64,000 nucleotides of DNA from an uncultured Candidatus Saccharibacteria bacterium (GTDB taxonomy: Bacteria > Patescibacteriota > Minisyncoccia > Phycocordibacterales > UBA12445): positions 1,765 to 65,764 of the forward strand of contig CAZYTH010000005.1 of assembly GCA_964649715.1 (NCBI GenBank), written 5' to 3'. Each line of letters opens with the position of its first letter. Position 1 is the stretch's first letter. Below the pieces are notes generated by a model. The model was given only the letters and a program-made list of their open reading frames with translations. It made no database searches and was not told the DNA's origin. The position numbers were made by a program, and so were the translations under genes. Positions 26,933 to 35,866 of the stretch are shown here, piece after piece.

Positions 26933-27994
26933 ATGTCAAGTAAATCATCAAAATCTGGCCCAAATAAAGATTATTTTGATGGAGAAGAAAAAGATAAAGT
27001 TGTGTCCTCTGATTTTAAAAATGAGGTCTTTTTAGACAGCACCCTAAGACCTGAAAAATGGGATGAATACATAGGACAAAACCCTATAAAAGAAAATCTA
27101 AAAATACTTCTCGATGCTGCAAAAGCCAGAAAACACCCTCCCGAGCACCTACTCTTCTATGGTCCTCCTGGTCTTGGAAAAACAACCTTGGCTCACCTAA
27201 TCTCAAAAGAAAACAATTCTCAACTAAAAATAACGTCAGGACCTGCAATAGAAAAAGTAGGAGACCTGGCCTCCTTGCTTACAAATCTTTCTGCAGGAGA
27301 CATACTATTTGTCGACGAGATACACAGATTAAATAAAATGATAGAAGAAGTTCTTTATCCTGCAATGGAATCTGGGGTTTTGAATATAATAATTGGTAAG
27401 GGTCCTTCTGCCAGAACAATACAACTTGAGCTACCTCCTTTCACACTGGTGGCTGCCACAACAAAAATAGCGCTACTGTCCTCCCCTCTACGATCACGAT
27501 TCTCTGGAGGAACTTTTAGACTTGAATTCTACACCAACGAAGAAGTAGAGAAGATAATCACAAGATCTGCTAATATCCTTGAGGTAGAAATAGAAAAAGA
27601 AGCTACCGAGGAGATAGCAAAAAGAAGCAGGTTTACGCCACGCATAGCGAATCATTTGCTTAAGAGGTGTCGTGATTTTGCACAAGTCAAAGGAACTATT
27701 TTGAATAAAAATACCGTAAAAGAAGCACTTTCTCTTTTGGGAATCGATCATGCGGGATTGAATACAACCGATAAAAAAATACTTGAAACGATTATAAATA
27801 AATTTGCAGGTGGCCCCGTTGGGCTTAGTACTATTGGAGCAGCCATATCCGAAGAAACTGATACAATAGAAGAAGTTAATGAACCATATCTTATACAATT
27901 GGGATTTATCGAAAGAACACCAAGAGGTCGTTCCGCGACAAGAAAAGCATACGAACACATAGGAGCTGATTTCCCCAAAAATAAACTGTTTTAA
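26933..27994 (+). CDS. ruvB: Holliday junction branch-migration helicase RuvB
   Basis: LLFYGPPGLGKTTLAHLIS Walker A. DEIHRL Walker B. RuvB C-terminal winged-helix region. Confidence 0.9.
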   Translation: MSSKSSKSGPNKDYFDGEEKDKVVSSDFKNEVFLDSTLRPEKWDEYIGQNPIKENLKILLDAAKARKHPPEHLLFYGPPGLGKTTLAHLISKENNSQLKITSGPAIEKVGDLASLLTNLSAGDILFVDEIHRLNKMIEEVLYPAMESGVLNIIIGKGPSARTIQLELPPFTLVAATTKIALLSSPLRSRFSGGTFRLEFYTNEEVEKIITRSANILEVEIEKEATEEIAKRSRFTPRIANHLLKRCRDFAQVKGTILNKNTVKEALSLLGIDHAGLNTTDKKILETIINKFAGGPVGLSTIGAAISEETDTIEEVNEPYLIQLGFIERTPRGRSATRKAYEHIGADFPKNKLF

Positions 27995-28229
27995 ACAATT
28001 TATTCGATTTATGATTTATGAAAAATCCCTCACGATTATTCGCAAGGGATAATTTTCCGCTCGTGGCGGAAAAGAATTAAAGAAAAAAGGTAAAAGGATT
28101 AGTAGGAAACTGCTTGCCCTCTCACCAACCTCTCCACTGAGAGTTTTTAGTGAATGCGGGAAGCCGTAGGCGAGTTCGGATACCTAACTCGGCCAATCAT
28201 GAACTCTAATCGAGATTGGTGACTGGGGA

Positions 28230-29021
28230 TTAGGAAACTACTGCACGAGCCCGCAAGCGCGAGAACGAATCGCTGGTGCGGCACCAATCCACGTAGAACT
28301 TGCCAGCGCTCCAGCCCGCGCCCGGGACGCTGCCATCGGAATAGCGGGAGCCGCTACAGAGGGTAGTGCTGTTGATGTCCAAGTGGTGTTTGGTAAGCCG
28401 GAAGTAGAAGAGCTCGAGAAGACGGCGCTCGAGGAGGGTCATGGTCTGGATCTTTTGTTTCTCGATATCGAGAGCCGAAAGATTCTTGAGATCTTTGGGC
28501 ACTTCGATGGAGTCTTTGATCCAGATGGCATAGGACTTCGTGATGTTTCTCTCTTCCTTGCCCTGGTCCATGTCCTTGTCGAGATCGTCGCCGTACTTCC
28601 AGGTGGACATACCGAGCTTCTTCTCGCCGTCAGAGATCATTTTGTGTGTCAGTGACTTGGTGATGAACATCAGGAAGTCGAAACCTTGTTTGTAGTCCGG
28701 GATATCCTCCCTTTCTTTCAGGTCCAAGCCGAGAACTTCCTTATAGAATTTCTTCCAGATCCACTGGAATTCGTCAGGAACATTGACCATCTGTCCACCA
28801 AGGATGGCAGACATCTTGGGTGTGAAAGTGGCCAGCACTTTCTTGCCGAGAATCGCCTCTCGAAGTCGGGCAATCCTTTCGGGTTGTTTCATACCAATGA
28901 AGGCTTGCAGTTCTTCGGGTGTGACCTCATTGTAGACAACCGAGAGAGCTTTTAGAACTGCGCAGTCAACTTCTCGCGCGAGTCCTCCTTGCTTTTGGAC
29001 ATTCCCGTTTTGCTTGGGCAT
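28230..29021 (-). CDS. Unknown-family protein P1 (263 aa), paralog of the two downstream genes, with foreign GC3-rich codon usage
   Basis: Shares W.KFY.K.LG.D, acidic cluster ... K.YAIW(I/V)(K/R)D, TLLE and TLC.GS.Y motifs with ORFs 29315-30142 and 30139-31035. The coding sequence is about 55% GC while its flanks are AT-rich. Confidence 0.6.
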   Translation of the reverse strand: MPKQNGNVQKQGGLAREVDCAVLKALSVVYNEVTPEELQAFIGMKQPERIARLREAILGKKVLATFTPKMSAILGGQMVNVPDEFQWIWKKFYKEVLGLDLKEREDIPDYKQGFDFLMFITKSLTHKMISDGEKKLGMSTWKYGDDLDKDMDQGKEERNITKSYAIWIKDSIEVPKDLKNLSALDIEKQKIQTMTLLERRLLELFYFRLTKHHLDINSTTLCSGSRYSDGSVPGAGWSAGKFYVDWCRTSDSFSRLRARAVVS

Positions 29022-29096
29022 TTCCTTTCTCCTTTTTAAAAGAACTTACTTGGGTCTCGCCAAGTCAATCGCGAAAAACACTTTCGCTTTATCGGA

Positions 29097-29125
29097 AGAT
29101 TACAGTAGATTGGTCGGTCTGTCAA
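29097..29125 (-). promoter_or_regulatory. Sigma70-like promoter TTGACA-17-TAATCT for P1
   Basis: Minus strand reads aaggTTGACAgaccgaccaatctactgTAATCTtccg, about 75 nt upstream of the ATG at 29021. Confidence 0.5.
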
Positions 29126-29146
29126 CCTTTGTCCTCCACTCATACT

Positions 29147-29162
29147 TAATGTAGTATAGAAA
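29147..29162. promoter_or_regulatory. Candidate operator: palindrome tacta-atg-tagta within shared 16-mer taatgtagtatagaaa upstream of P1
   Basis: Identical 16-mer at 31124-31139 upstream of the P3-P2 operon. 5 bp inverted repeat with 3 nt spacer. Confidence 0.45.
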
Positions 29163-29276
29163 AGTAGTCGTTAGTTTTTAGTTGATAGTTTTTAGAAAAA
29201 CAGACAATTTTTTACTGTCGCAATACCACTGAGGTTTTTTAAAATACGCACATTCATAAATATAGGTTTAATATAG

Positions 29277-29302
29277 AAAACCCCGCAATTAATGCGGGGT
29301 TT
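29277..29302 (-). terminator. Terminator hairpin aaaccccgc-aattaat-gcggggttt after the P3-P2 operon
   Basis: Perfect 9 bp stem. T-rich tract follows on the minus strand. Confidence 0.6.
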
Positions 29303-29314
29303 CAGACCTAAAAA

Positions 29315-30142
29315 TCACTTAGAAACAACTTCTCGTATCCTAAGACGGTGATCTTTTGTGTCTAGTTTAAAAGGATGAATAACAAGTAGATTAGTTCTTG
29401 TGAGCATCATTGGACAAAATTCTTGATAACTCACAGTAGGAACAAATTCTCTCTTTGTCTCTTTGTCGTAGTAAACACTACCAACACAAAAAGTTTGTGA
29501 ATCAACATCTAAATGTTCCCCTGTTTCTTCAAAATACTTAAGATGGAAAATAAGTCTTTCCAAAAGATTGATGCTGTTTATTCCAAGACTCAGCGACATT
29601 TCAGGGCTTAGTTGACGATGTGCACTATCAGACCATTCACAATCCCTAACCCAAATTGCATAAGCTGATGTTGGTTTTCTTACACTAACGCAATCAATAT
29701 CAACTTCAGCAGGAATTCTATTTTCATAACTAAACAGGCTGATATTTTTAAACAACCCAACATTGTTTCCTCTAAAAACTCGAAAAACATGTTCAAGAAT
29801 TAAATCCTTTGGAATGATAATAAGCCTATCAAATCCCTTTCTTAGTTCAGGTATGTTCTCTTTTAAAAAAACAAGATCAATTCCAAAATATTTCCTATAA
29901 AACCTTTTCCAATCTTCAATCAAAATTTCTATTTCATCGAGTATTTTTGTTCCGACGCAACAAGTAATGAGAAATTCTCTAAAACTTTTACGAAAAGACT
30001 CCGGGTTATTTCTTGCTCTTGTTAAAACTTTTTCAATAATATCCTCTTCTTTTGGTAGAGATTTCAATATTGTGATATCAAAATCTCTAAAATTTTTGAT
30101 ACACTTAGACACAAAGGCACCAATATTTTCACTTACCTTCAT
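29315..30142 (-). CDS. Unknown-family protein P2 (275 aa), tandem paralog
   Basis: Motifs EDWKRFYRKYFGIDL, VDIDCVSVRKPTSAYAIWVRD, NLLERLIF, TFCVGSVYYD. Its start overlaps the P3 stop by 4 bp (operon). Confidence 0.6.
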   Translation of the reverse strand: MKVSENIGAFVSKCIKNFRDFDITILKSLPKEEDIIEKVLTRARNNPESFRKSFREFLITCCVGTKILDEIEILIEDWKRFYRKYFGIDLVFLKENIPELRKGFDRLIIIPKDLILEHVFRVFRGNNVGLFKNISLFSYENRIPAEVDIDCVSVRKPTSAYAIWVRDCEWSDSAHRQLSPEMSLSLGINSINLLERLIFHLKYFEETGEHLDVDSQTFCVGSVYYDKETKREFVPTVSYQEFCPMMLTRTNLLVIHPFKLDTKDHRLRIREVVSK

Positions 30143-31035
30143 TTGTCAATCTCCTTAAATTCAATTACAGAGCGTGCTCGTATCTTTATTTGATATGCCT
30201 CATCAAGAGAAATAATTATACTTTGATTAGACTCGTCAAACTGTTTGTATTGAACTCCTTTTATAGTGAGACGGGTTCCATTCATATATACGATAGGAAC
30301 AAAAACATTCCACAAAGGAATATTTGAAACATTTTCTATATCCTTCTTGTAAACGGTACCCAAACACAATGTGGCTCCATTGCAATCAAGAATATTTTTT
30401 TTATTCTCGTCTAAACATTTCGCAAACAAAACAAAGTATTCCAAAAGAGTTATTCCATTTATTCCTATCCGACTTAGCAAATCTGGATAACCCTGAAGAC
30501 TGTTTTCTGCATCTAACTCATCTTTAACCCAAACAGCATAACCTTTTTGCTTGGAATTTCTAACATTTTCTGTGATTTCATCAAAATCATCTGTCTTTGT
30601 ACTCATACTCCACCTAAAACAAGGGATAAACTCCACCAAAAAAGAATACATTCTTTCTGTTGTCATCCCCTTGGGAATCATCAGAAGCCTACTGTAGCCA
30701 GGATTTTTTTTTGGAATAAGAATATCGGAAAGAAATTCTGGTCTTATACCAAAATATTTTTGATAAAACATCTTCCAATCCAATACGATATACTCTATGT
30801 CACGTTCCGTAAAAGGAATAAAGGTTTTTTGGATAATAGAAATTATTTCTATTATCCTAGAAACTTCACCTGGAGAAATCTTTTGATTACAATTTATCTC
30901 TTTCTTCAAAACAATCAAGGATTCCTTTATTATTAGTAAGGTGGTGTCTGAAACCTGAATTTTCTCGTTCATTTGTACATCCTTATTTTCAAGGTTCTTT
31001 TTTATAACAAAAGCAAAAATAAGACTTTTAAGCAA
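30139..31035 (-). CDS. Unknown-family protein P3 (298 aa), tandem paralog
   Basis: Motifs LDWKMFYQKYFGIRP, DDFDEITENVRNSKQKGYAVWVKDE, TLLEYFVLF, TLCLGTVYKKD. Confidence 0.6.
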   Translation of the reverse strand: MLKSLIFAFVIKKNLENKDVQMNEKIQVSDTTLLIIKESLIVLKKEINCNQKISPGEVSRIIEIISIIQKTFIPFTERDIEYIVLDWKMFYQKYFGIRPEFLSDILIPKKNPGYSRLLMIPKGMTTERMYSFLVEFIPCFRWSMSTKTDDFDEITENVRNSKQKGYAVWVKDELDAENSLQGYPDLLSRIGINGITLLEYFVLFAKCLDENKKNILDCNGATLCLGTVYKKDIENVSNIPLWNVFVPIVYMNGTRLTIKGVQYKQFDESNQSIIISLDEAYQIKIRARSVIEFKEIDK

Positions 31036-31123
31036 GGGAAAAGAATAATATCTAAATTATCGGTAATTAAAAGTTAATGTATATAAAATTAAATAATTTA
31101 ATACTTGATTAGCCTTACCGTAC

Positions 31124-31139
31124 TAATGTAGTATAGAAA
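31124..31139. promoter_or_regulatory. Second copy of the operator-like 16-mer taatgtagtatagaaa, between divergent P3 and yebC
   Basis: Identical to 29147-29162. Lies about 90 nt upstream of the P3 start. Confidence 0.45.
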
Positions 31140-31169
31140 GACAGTCAAATTAAAAGCTTAAAAAATTTT

Positions 31170-31709
31170 ATGAGTGGTCATAACAAATTTTCAAAAATAA
31201 AACACAAAAAAGGTGCAGAAGATGCAAAAAAAAGCAAAGCTTTCGCAATGATGTCCAAGAAGATAACAGTTGAGTCTCGTATTGCTAAGGGCGATAAAAA
31301 CTCTCCAGGTCTTAGAAAGGTGATCGAGAATGCACGCAAAATTAACATGCCGAACGACAAAATTGATACTGCCATAGCCAAGGGAATTGGCGCAGGTGGA
31401 GCAGAAATGCAAAATGTAATGTATGAAGCCTATGGGCCAGGAGGATCTGCTATAATAATTACGGGCATAACCGACAACAAAAACAGAATGACTCCAGAAA
31501 TTAAGCACTTACTTTCTGCAAACGGGGGAACATTGGGAGGAGAAGGATCGGTTATCTGGGCATTTCAAAAGAAAGAAGATGAGTGGGAATCAACGATGCC
31601 ATTAGAATTACCCGAGAAAGACAGAGGGTCCTTAATTAATTTGTTAGAAATAATTGACGAACACGAAGACGTAGAAAGTATATATACAAACATCTCCAAT
31701 TTAGAATAA
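31170..31709 (+). CDS. yebC: YebC/PmpR-family probable transcriptional regulator (short form, 179 aa)
   Basis: MSGHNKFSKIKHKKGAEDAKKSKAF ... MYEAYGPGGSAIIITGITDNKNRMTPEIKHLLSANGGTLGGEGSV matches the YebC N-terminal and middle domains. Gene order yebC-ruvC as in many bacteria. Confidence 0.75.
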   Translation: MSGHNKFSKIKHKKGAEDAKKSKAFAMMSKKITVESRIAKGDKNSPGLRKVIENARKINMPNDKIDTAIAKGIGAGGAEMQNVMYEAYGPGGSAIIITGITDNKNRMTPEIKHLLSANGGTLGGEGSVIWAFQKKEDEWESTMPLELPEKDRGSLINLLEIIDEHEDVESIYTNISNLE

Positions 31710-31820
31710 ATTGGAGATGGATTTATGGTTCATGGTTAAAGATTTATGAAAAAAATCCCAAGTAAACAATGCGTAATTCTCGCGGAGGCGGAGATAACAG
31801 AAAAATTAGTTTAATGTTTT

Positions 31821-32309
31821 ATGAAAATTATTGGTGTTGATCCTGGCTATGATAAATTTGGAGTGGCTATTATAGAAAAAAAAACGGGAAAAGAATTTCT
31901 TATTTATTCTAATTGTATAAGAACATCACCCAAACTACCTTTAAACGACCGTATCTATGAAATAGGAAAACAATTTAACGAACTAATCAAAAAATATAGC
32001 CCGGATGTACTTGCAATAGAAAAGCTATTTTTCACTACCAATCAAAAAACAGCCATGGGAGTATCAGAAGCCAAGGGTGTTGCTACTTATATAGCGAAAA
32101 ACAACGGTTTAGAAGTCTTTGAGTTCACTCCCCTTCAAATAAAAATCGCAGTAGTCGGATATGGAAAAGCGGAAAAGAACCAAGTTTCAAAAATGATCCC
32201 ATTTCTAATAAAAAATTGGACTGATATAAACAAAAAGAAAATTGAGGATGATGAATATGATGCGATAGCAGTCGCACTTACGTGTTCGGCAACAAACAGA
32301 CAAACTTGA
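31821..32309 (+). CDS. ruvC: Crossover junction endodeoxyribonuclease RuvC
   Basis: MKIIGVDPGYDKFGVAIIE N-terminal catalytic Asp motif. 162 aa. Located after yebC. Confidence 0.8.
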   Translation: MKIIGVDPGYDKFGVAIIEKKTGKEFLIYSNCIRTSPKLPLNDRIYEIGKQFNELIKKYSPDVLAIEKLFFTTNQKTAMGVSEAKGVATYIAKNNGLEVFEFTPLQIKIAVVGYGKAEKNQVSKMIPFLIKNWTDINKKKIEDDEYDAIAVALTCSATNRQT

Positions 32310-32443
32310 CATAATCGTTTATTTTTAATTTTATCTTGTTTTTCTATGTTTTACTTTTTGACTTTTTTTAAAAAAAATTATTATTATGTAGTGAAGAAGA
32401 TAAATTTTAATTTAGAAAATTATTTTTGGTCATTAAAATAACC

Positions 32444-32662
32444 ATGCCAAAATCAAATAACAAAAAAAAAGACGATGGGGACGAGGAGAAAAAACAAACA
32501 ACAGAAGAAGAAGTTGACGAATATGAAGGAAGTAATGATCCAGAATTAGTAGAAGCAGTGTTAGACGAAGTGTTTCCCGAAGAAGACTTAGGATTAGGAT
32601 GTGATCTCGATAGGCTAGGATTAGGCCTCGATAACGGGATCAAAGAAAGTGATTATATTTAA
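32444..32662 (+). CDS. Small acidic hypothetical protein
   Basis: ORF with MPKSNNKKK start, Asp/Glu-rich, followed by a strong terminator. Coding status uncertain. Confidence 0.3.
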   Translation: MPKSNNKKKDDGDEEKKQTTEEEVDEYEGSNDPELVEAVLDEVFPEEDLGLGCDLDRLGLGLDNGIKESDYI

Positions 32663-32672
32663 AATCAAAAAA

Positions 32673-32702
32673 ATACCCGCAAAAAAGCGGGTATTTTTTA
32701 TT
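32673..32702. terminator. Bidirectional terminator atacccgc-aaaaaa-gcgggtat flanked by A-run and T-run
   Basis: Perfect 8 bp stem between convergent ORFs 32444-32662 (+) and 32710-33294 (-). Confidence 0.65.
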
Positions 32703-32709
32703 TCTAAAA

Positions 32710-33294
32710 TTATATATAAACTTTAACTTTTTTAAATCTATCGTCGCTATTTAAAACATCGCGTATCGCATCAGCAATATCTTTTAACTTCTTTTCATAA
32801 TCTTTTTCGGAAGGATCTGGGGCGCCCTCTTTCATAACAATTAAAACATTGGCTTTTTGAAATTCTTTGTCCTTCATTGAAACATCTATTGTTATCAAAA
32901 AACTATCCCCCTCTTTCCTTTTTATTTCAAAAAAAGCATCGACTCCATGTTTTAAATCAAGAGGAGTTTTAACAGAAGAATAAAAATAAACATCTTCACT
33001 GTCCTCTATATCTAATTCTTCCATCAAAGTTGCGTGGAGGTCATTTGCAAATCTTTCTTTGGGATTTGTCGGACCAACCTCCTCATCTTCCGGATATTCT
33101 TTTTGAACTTTCTTTGCAAAATTAACCGAATCATGATAATTCAAATATCCGCTCTCCTCATATTCGTAGATTTCCTCTTGGGTCAGCTTAAGGCCACTAA
33201 GAGCCTCTTTTATTCTACCCGCTTCTATCTCCCCAAAAACCTCAGACTCAAGAAGTCCTCCTGTATATCCACTAATTTTATTTGGATCAAACAT
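32710..33294 (-). CDS. Hypothetical acidic protein (194 aa)
   Basis: Coherent ORF. No recognisable motifs. Confidence 0.4.
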   Translation of the reverse strand: MFDPNKISGYTGGLLESEVFGEIEAGRIKEALSGLKLTQEEIYEYEESGYLNYHDSVNFAKKVQKEYPEDEEVGPTNPKERFANDLHATLMEELDIEDSEDVYFYSSVKTPLDLKHGVDAFFEIKRKEGDSFLITIDVSMKDKEFQKANVLIVMKEGAPDPSEKDYEKKLKDIADAIRDVLNSDDRFKKVKVYI

Positions 33295-33398
33295 TTTTTA
33301 TTACAATCTAGTATAATAATCCATTATAAACAAAGAACATAAATAATTCTAACAATATAAATTTAGACAACCCTCCACAAAACACGACAAAAAAGGAA

Positions 33399-33818
33399 GT
33401 GGTAAAAACAGCTGAAAAAATTAAGCCTCTTTATACGGCACTGTTTGTAAATGATATTTCATCCCTGCTCAATAAATATCCTCCAAAACACGGAAAAAAA
33501 TTCGGCCACCACTCCACGATTGCTTTCAAACCCGGCTCTCTCGATGGCATAAGCGTAGGCGAAAAATTAACAATGAAAATAATAGGACGTGTTTCCGATG
33601 AGAAAGGAGATGCTCTCTTGGTTGAAAATCCAAAATCAACGAATAATCATCCACACATAACACTATCATGCGCCGAAGGTGTCTCCCCTGTGTACTCAAA
33701 TGAATTAATTGAAAAAGCGATCACATCAAATACAGTAGAATATTTTGATAACCCTGAAGAAATTGACGTAACGGAAGGTTATTTTGACGGCAAAAAAGAT
33801 GTTTTGGAGACCAAATAA
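33399..33818 (+). CDS. Putative 2H phosphoesterase superfamily protein (LigT-like minimal fold)
   Basis: Two H-x-[ST]-x motifs (GHHSTIAF and HPHITLS) about 57 residues apart. Small size leaves the assignment tentative. Confidence 0.4.
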   Translation: MVKTAEKIKPLYTALFVNDISSLLNKYPPKHGKKFGHHSTIAFKPGSLDGISVGEKLTMKIIGRVSDEKGDALLVENPKSTNNHPHITLSCAEGVSPVYSNELIEKAITSNTVEYFDNPEEIDVTEGYFDGKKDVLETK

Positions 33819-33893
33819 AGGTGATTACTAACAGATTATCTTGTGCCATAAAGCACAACAATCCAGACCTCTCCTTTTCTACTCTGTTTTCAT

Positions 33894-34496
33894 TTATTTT
33901 ATTATCTCAATAATTTTATGACCAACATGATAAGGACCGAATCCTTTAATTAAAACAGCGTCAGCTTCTTCTTTAATAAGTAACTTGTCCGGCCATTCAT
34001 GGACAAAGTTCATCTCAAAAGGGGTGTTTCCAATAGTATATTCCGCTTTTTTTAAAACAACTTCTCCTTCTGTGGCTCCTTCAAGGAGGTGCTCTTTCGT
34101 GATTCTATAAACATCATCGTCTTTTATCATTATTACATTACCCATAACAGGCTGCGGTTTTATTTCAAAATAATCTGAACCAATCTTTTGCCTCTTAAAT
34201 CTTAAACACTCTCCCGTCTTAAGAATGAAATAAGTGGAACCGTTTTCCGTTTTAAAAATCCTCGACAGAGACTCTTTCGATTCCATTAGTTTTTCAATAA
34301 ACTCAGCCAAGACTTGTTCTTTTTTATTTTGTAACAGACTAAAGTCTATTTTTTTATTAAAATAGTCTTCCTCTACCTGTTCCATATCAGTCTCATACTG
34401 TTCATAAAGACTATTTACATCGTCTAAAGAGAGGGGTTTCTTTTCCTCTTCAGTCTTTCTTGTTTCTGTTTTTTGAAAATTCTCTTCTTTTCTCAT
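33894..34496 (-). CDS. Hypothetical protein (200 aa)
   Basis: Coherent ORF. No recognisable motifs. Confidence 0.4.
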   Translation of the reverse strand: MRKEENFQKTETRKTEEEKKPLSLDDVNSLYEQYETDMEQVEEDYFNKKIDFSLLQNKKEQVLAEFIEKLMESKESLSRIFKTENGSTYFILKTGECLRFKRQKIGSDYFEIKPQPVMGNVIMIKDDDVYRITKEHLLEGATEGEVVLKKAEYTIGNTPFEMNFVHEWPDKLLIKEEADAVLIKGFGPYHVGHKIIEIIK

Positions 34497-34498
34497 TT

Positions 34499-35671
34499 TT
34501 ACACAATTCGCACAAACTTCTTTTTGCCAACTTTAACGATTATCGGTAATTTTTCAATCTTCATATTAAAGTCTGTGATTTTTTGGCCGTCTATTGAGAT
34601 TGCCCCCTCCCCCACAAGCCTTCTAAAGTCTGATTTTGAAGAAACAAGGCTCTTCAGAAGCAACATTTCCGACAAAAGGTCCCCCATCTCACCTTTTATC
34701 TCATCCATCTCGTCGGGAGTCTCTTTCTTTTGAAAAGTTTTCACGAATTCTTTTTCCGCCCTTTTTGCTTTTTTGTCACCATAATAAACTTTTACTATTT
34801 CATATGCCAACCTCATTTTTATATCTCTCGGATTCTTTCCTTCATTTATTTCTTTTCTCATTATTCCTACTTCATCTAAAGAAATATCTGTGCAAAGCTC
34901 AAAACCATTCCACATCATACTGTCCTCCCAACTCATTATTTTTCCATACATCATACTCGGCTCATCCATAAGGGTTATCATATTCCCCTCTGTTTTTCCC
35001 ATTTTTTTACCTGAATTGTCCGTCAAAAGCTTCATTGTTAACACAAACTTTTCCTTGTTTTTAATTTCTTTAAGCAAATTTCTGCCAACAAGCATATTAA
35101 ATGTTTGATCGTTTCCGCCTATCTCTCCATCTACTTCCATAAAAACACTGTCATAACCCTGCATAAGAGGATAAAGAAATTCATGCAAAAATATCGGCTT
35201 TCCTTCTCTCATCCTCGTCTCAAACATATCTCTTTCAAGCATCTGACTAACCGTCATTTTTGAAGCTAAAGAAAGAACCTCCTCAAAATTCATTTTAGAA
35301 AGCCATTTTGAATTAAATTTTAATTCCGCGGGATTTTCTCCTTTAAAATTCAAGAAAACTGATGCTTGTTTTTTGTATCTTTTGCAATTTTGAAGAACCT
35401 CTCCTCTTGTGAGCTGATGTCTCACGGCAGATTTATCAGTAGGGTCTCCTATCATCGCTGTAAAATCACCAATGAGAAGAATTACCTTGTGTCCTAAATC
35501 CTGAAATTGTTTTAGTTTCTTAAGAGCAATCGCATGACCCATGTGTAAAGTAGGGCCTGTAGGGTCTATTCCCAGATAAACAGTCAATCTTTCTCTCCCA
35601 CTGAGCCTTGATTTCAAAAAATCTTCCGATGGAAAGATTGCCTCAACTCCTCTTTTTAATAAATTATCCAT
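34499..35671 (-). CDS. tyrS: Tyrosyl-tRNA synthetase
   Basis: HIGH motif (PTGPTLHMGHAIAL). KMSKS motif (KMGKTEGN). C-terminal S4-like domain. Confidence 0.9.
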   Translation of the reverse strand: MDNLLKRGVEAIFPSEDFLKSRLSGRERLTVYLGIDPTGPTLHMGHAIALKKLKQFQDLGHKVILLIGDFTAMIGDPTDKSAVRHQLTRGEVLQNCKRYKKQASVFLNFKGENPAELKFNSKWLSKMNFEEVLSLASKMTVSQMLERDMFETRMREGKPIFLHEFLYPLMQGYDSVFMEVDGEIGGNDQTFNMLVGRNLLKEIKNKEKFVLTMKLLTDNSGKKMGKTEGNMITLMDEPSMMYGKIMSWEDSMMWNGFELCTDISLDEVGIMRKEINEGKNPRDIKMRLAYEIVKVYYGDKKAKRAEKEFVKTFQKKETPDEMDEIKGEMGDLLSEMLLLKSLVSSKSDFRRLVGEGAISIDGQKITDFNMKIEKLPIIVKVGKKKFVRIV

Positions 35672-35866
35672 AATTTTATTATTTTTATATATATTTAACT
35701 ATCTAAATTTAACATAAATTAAAACCGTTCGCATTTTGTCATAATGAAATAAATGTGTTATTGTTACCCAAATCTTATTTAAGTTATCATTTAAAAACAA
35801 TCTCAAAAAGGCTGTGTATAACTTTTTAAAAATAATAAACAAAAAGTGCTAGAATATTAAGAAAAC

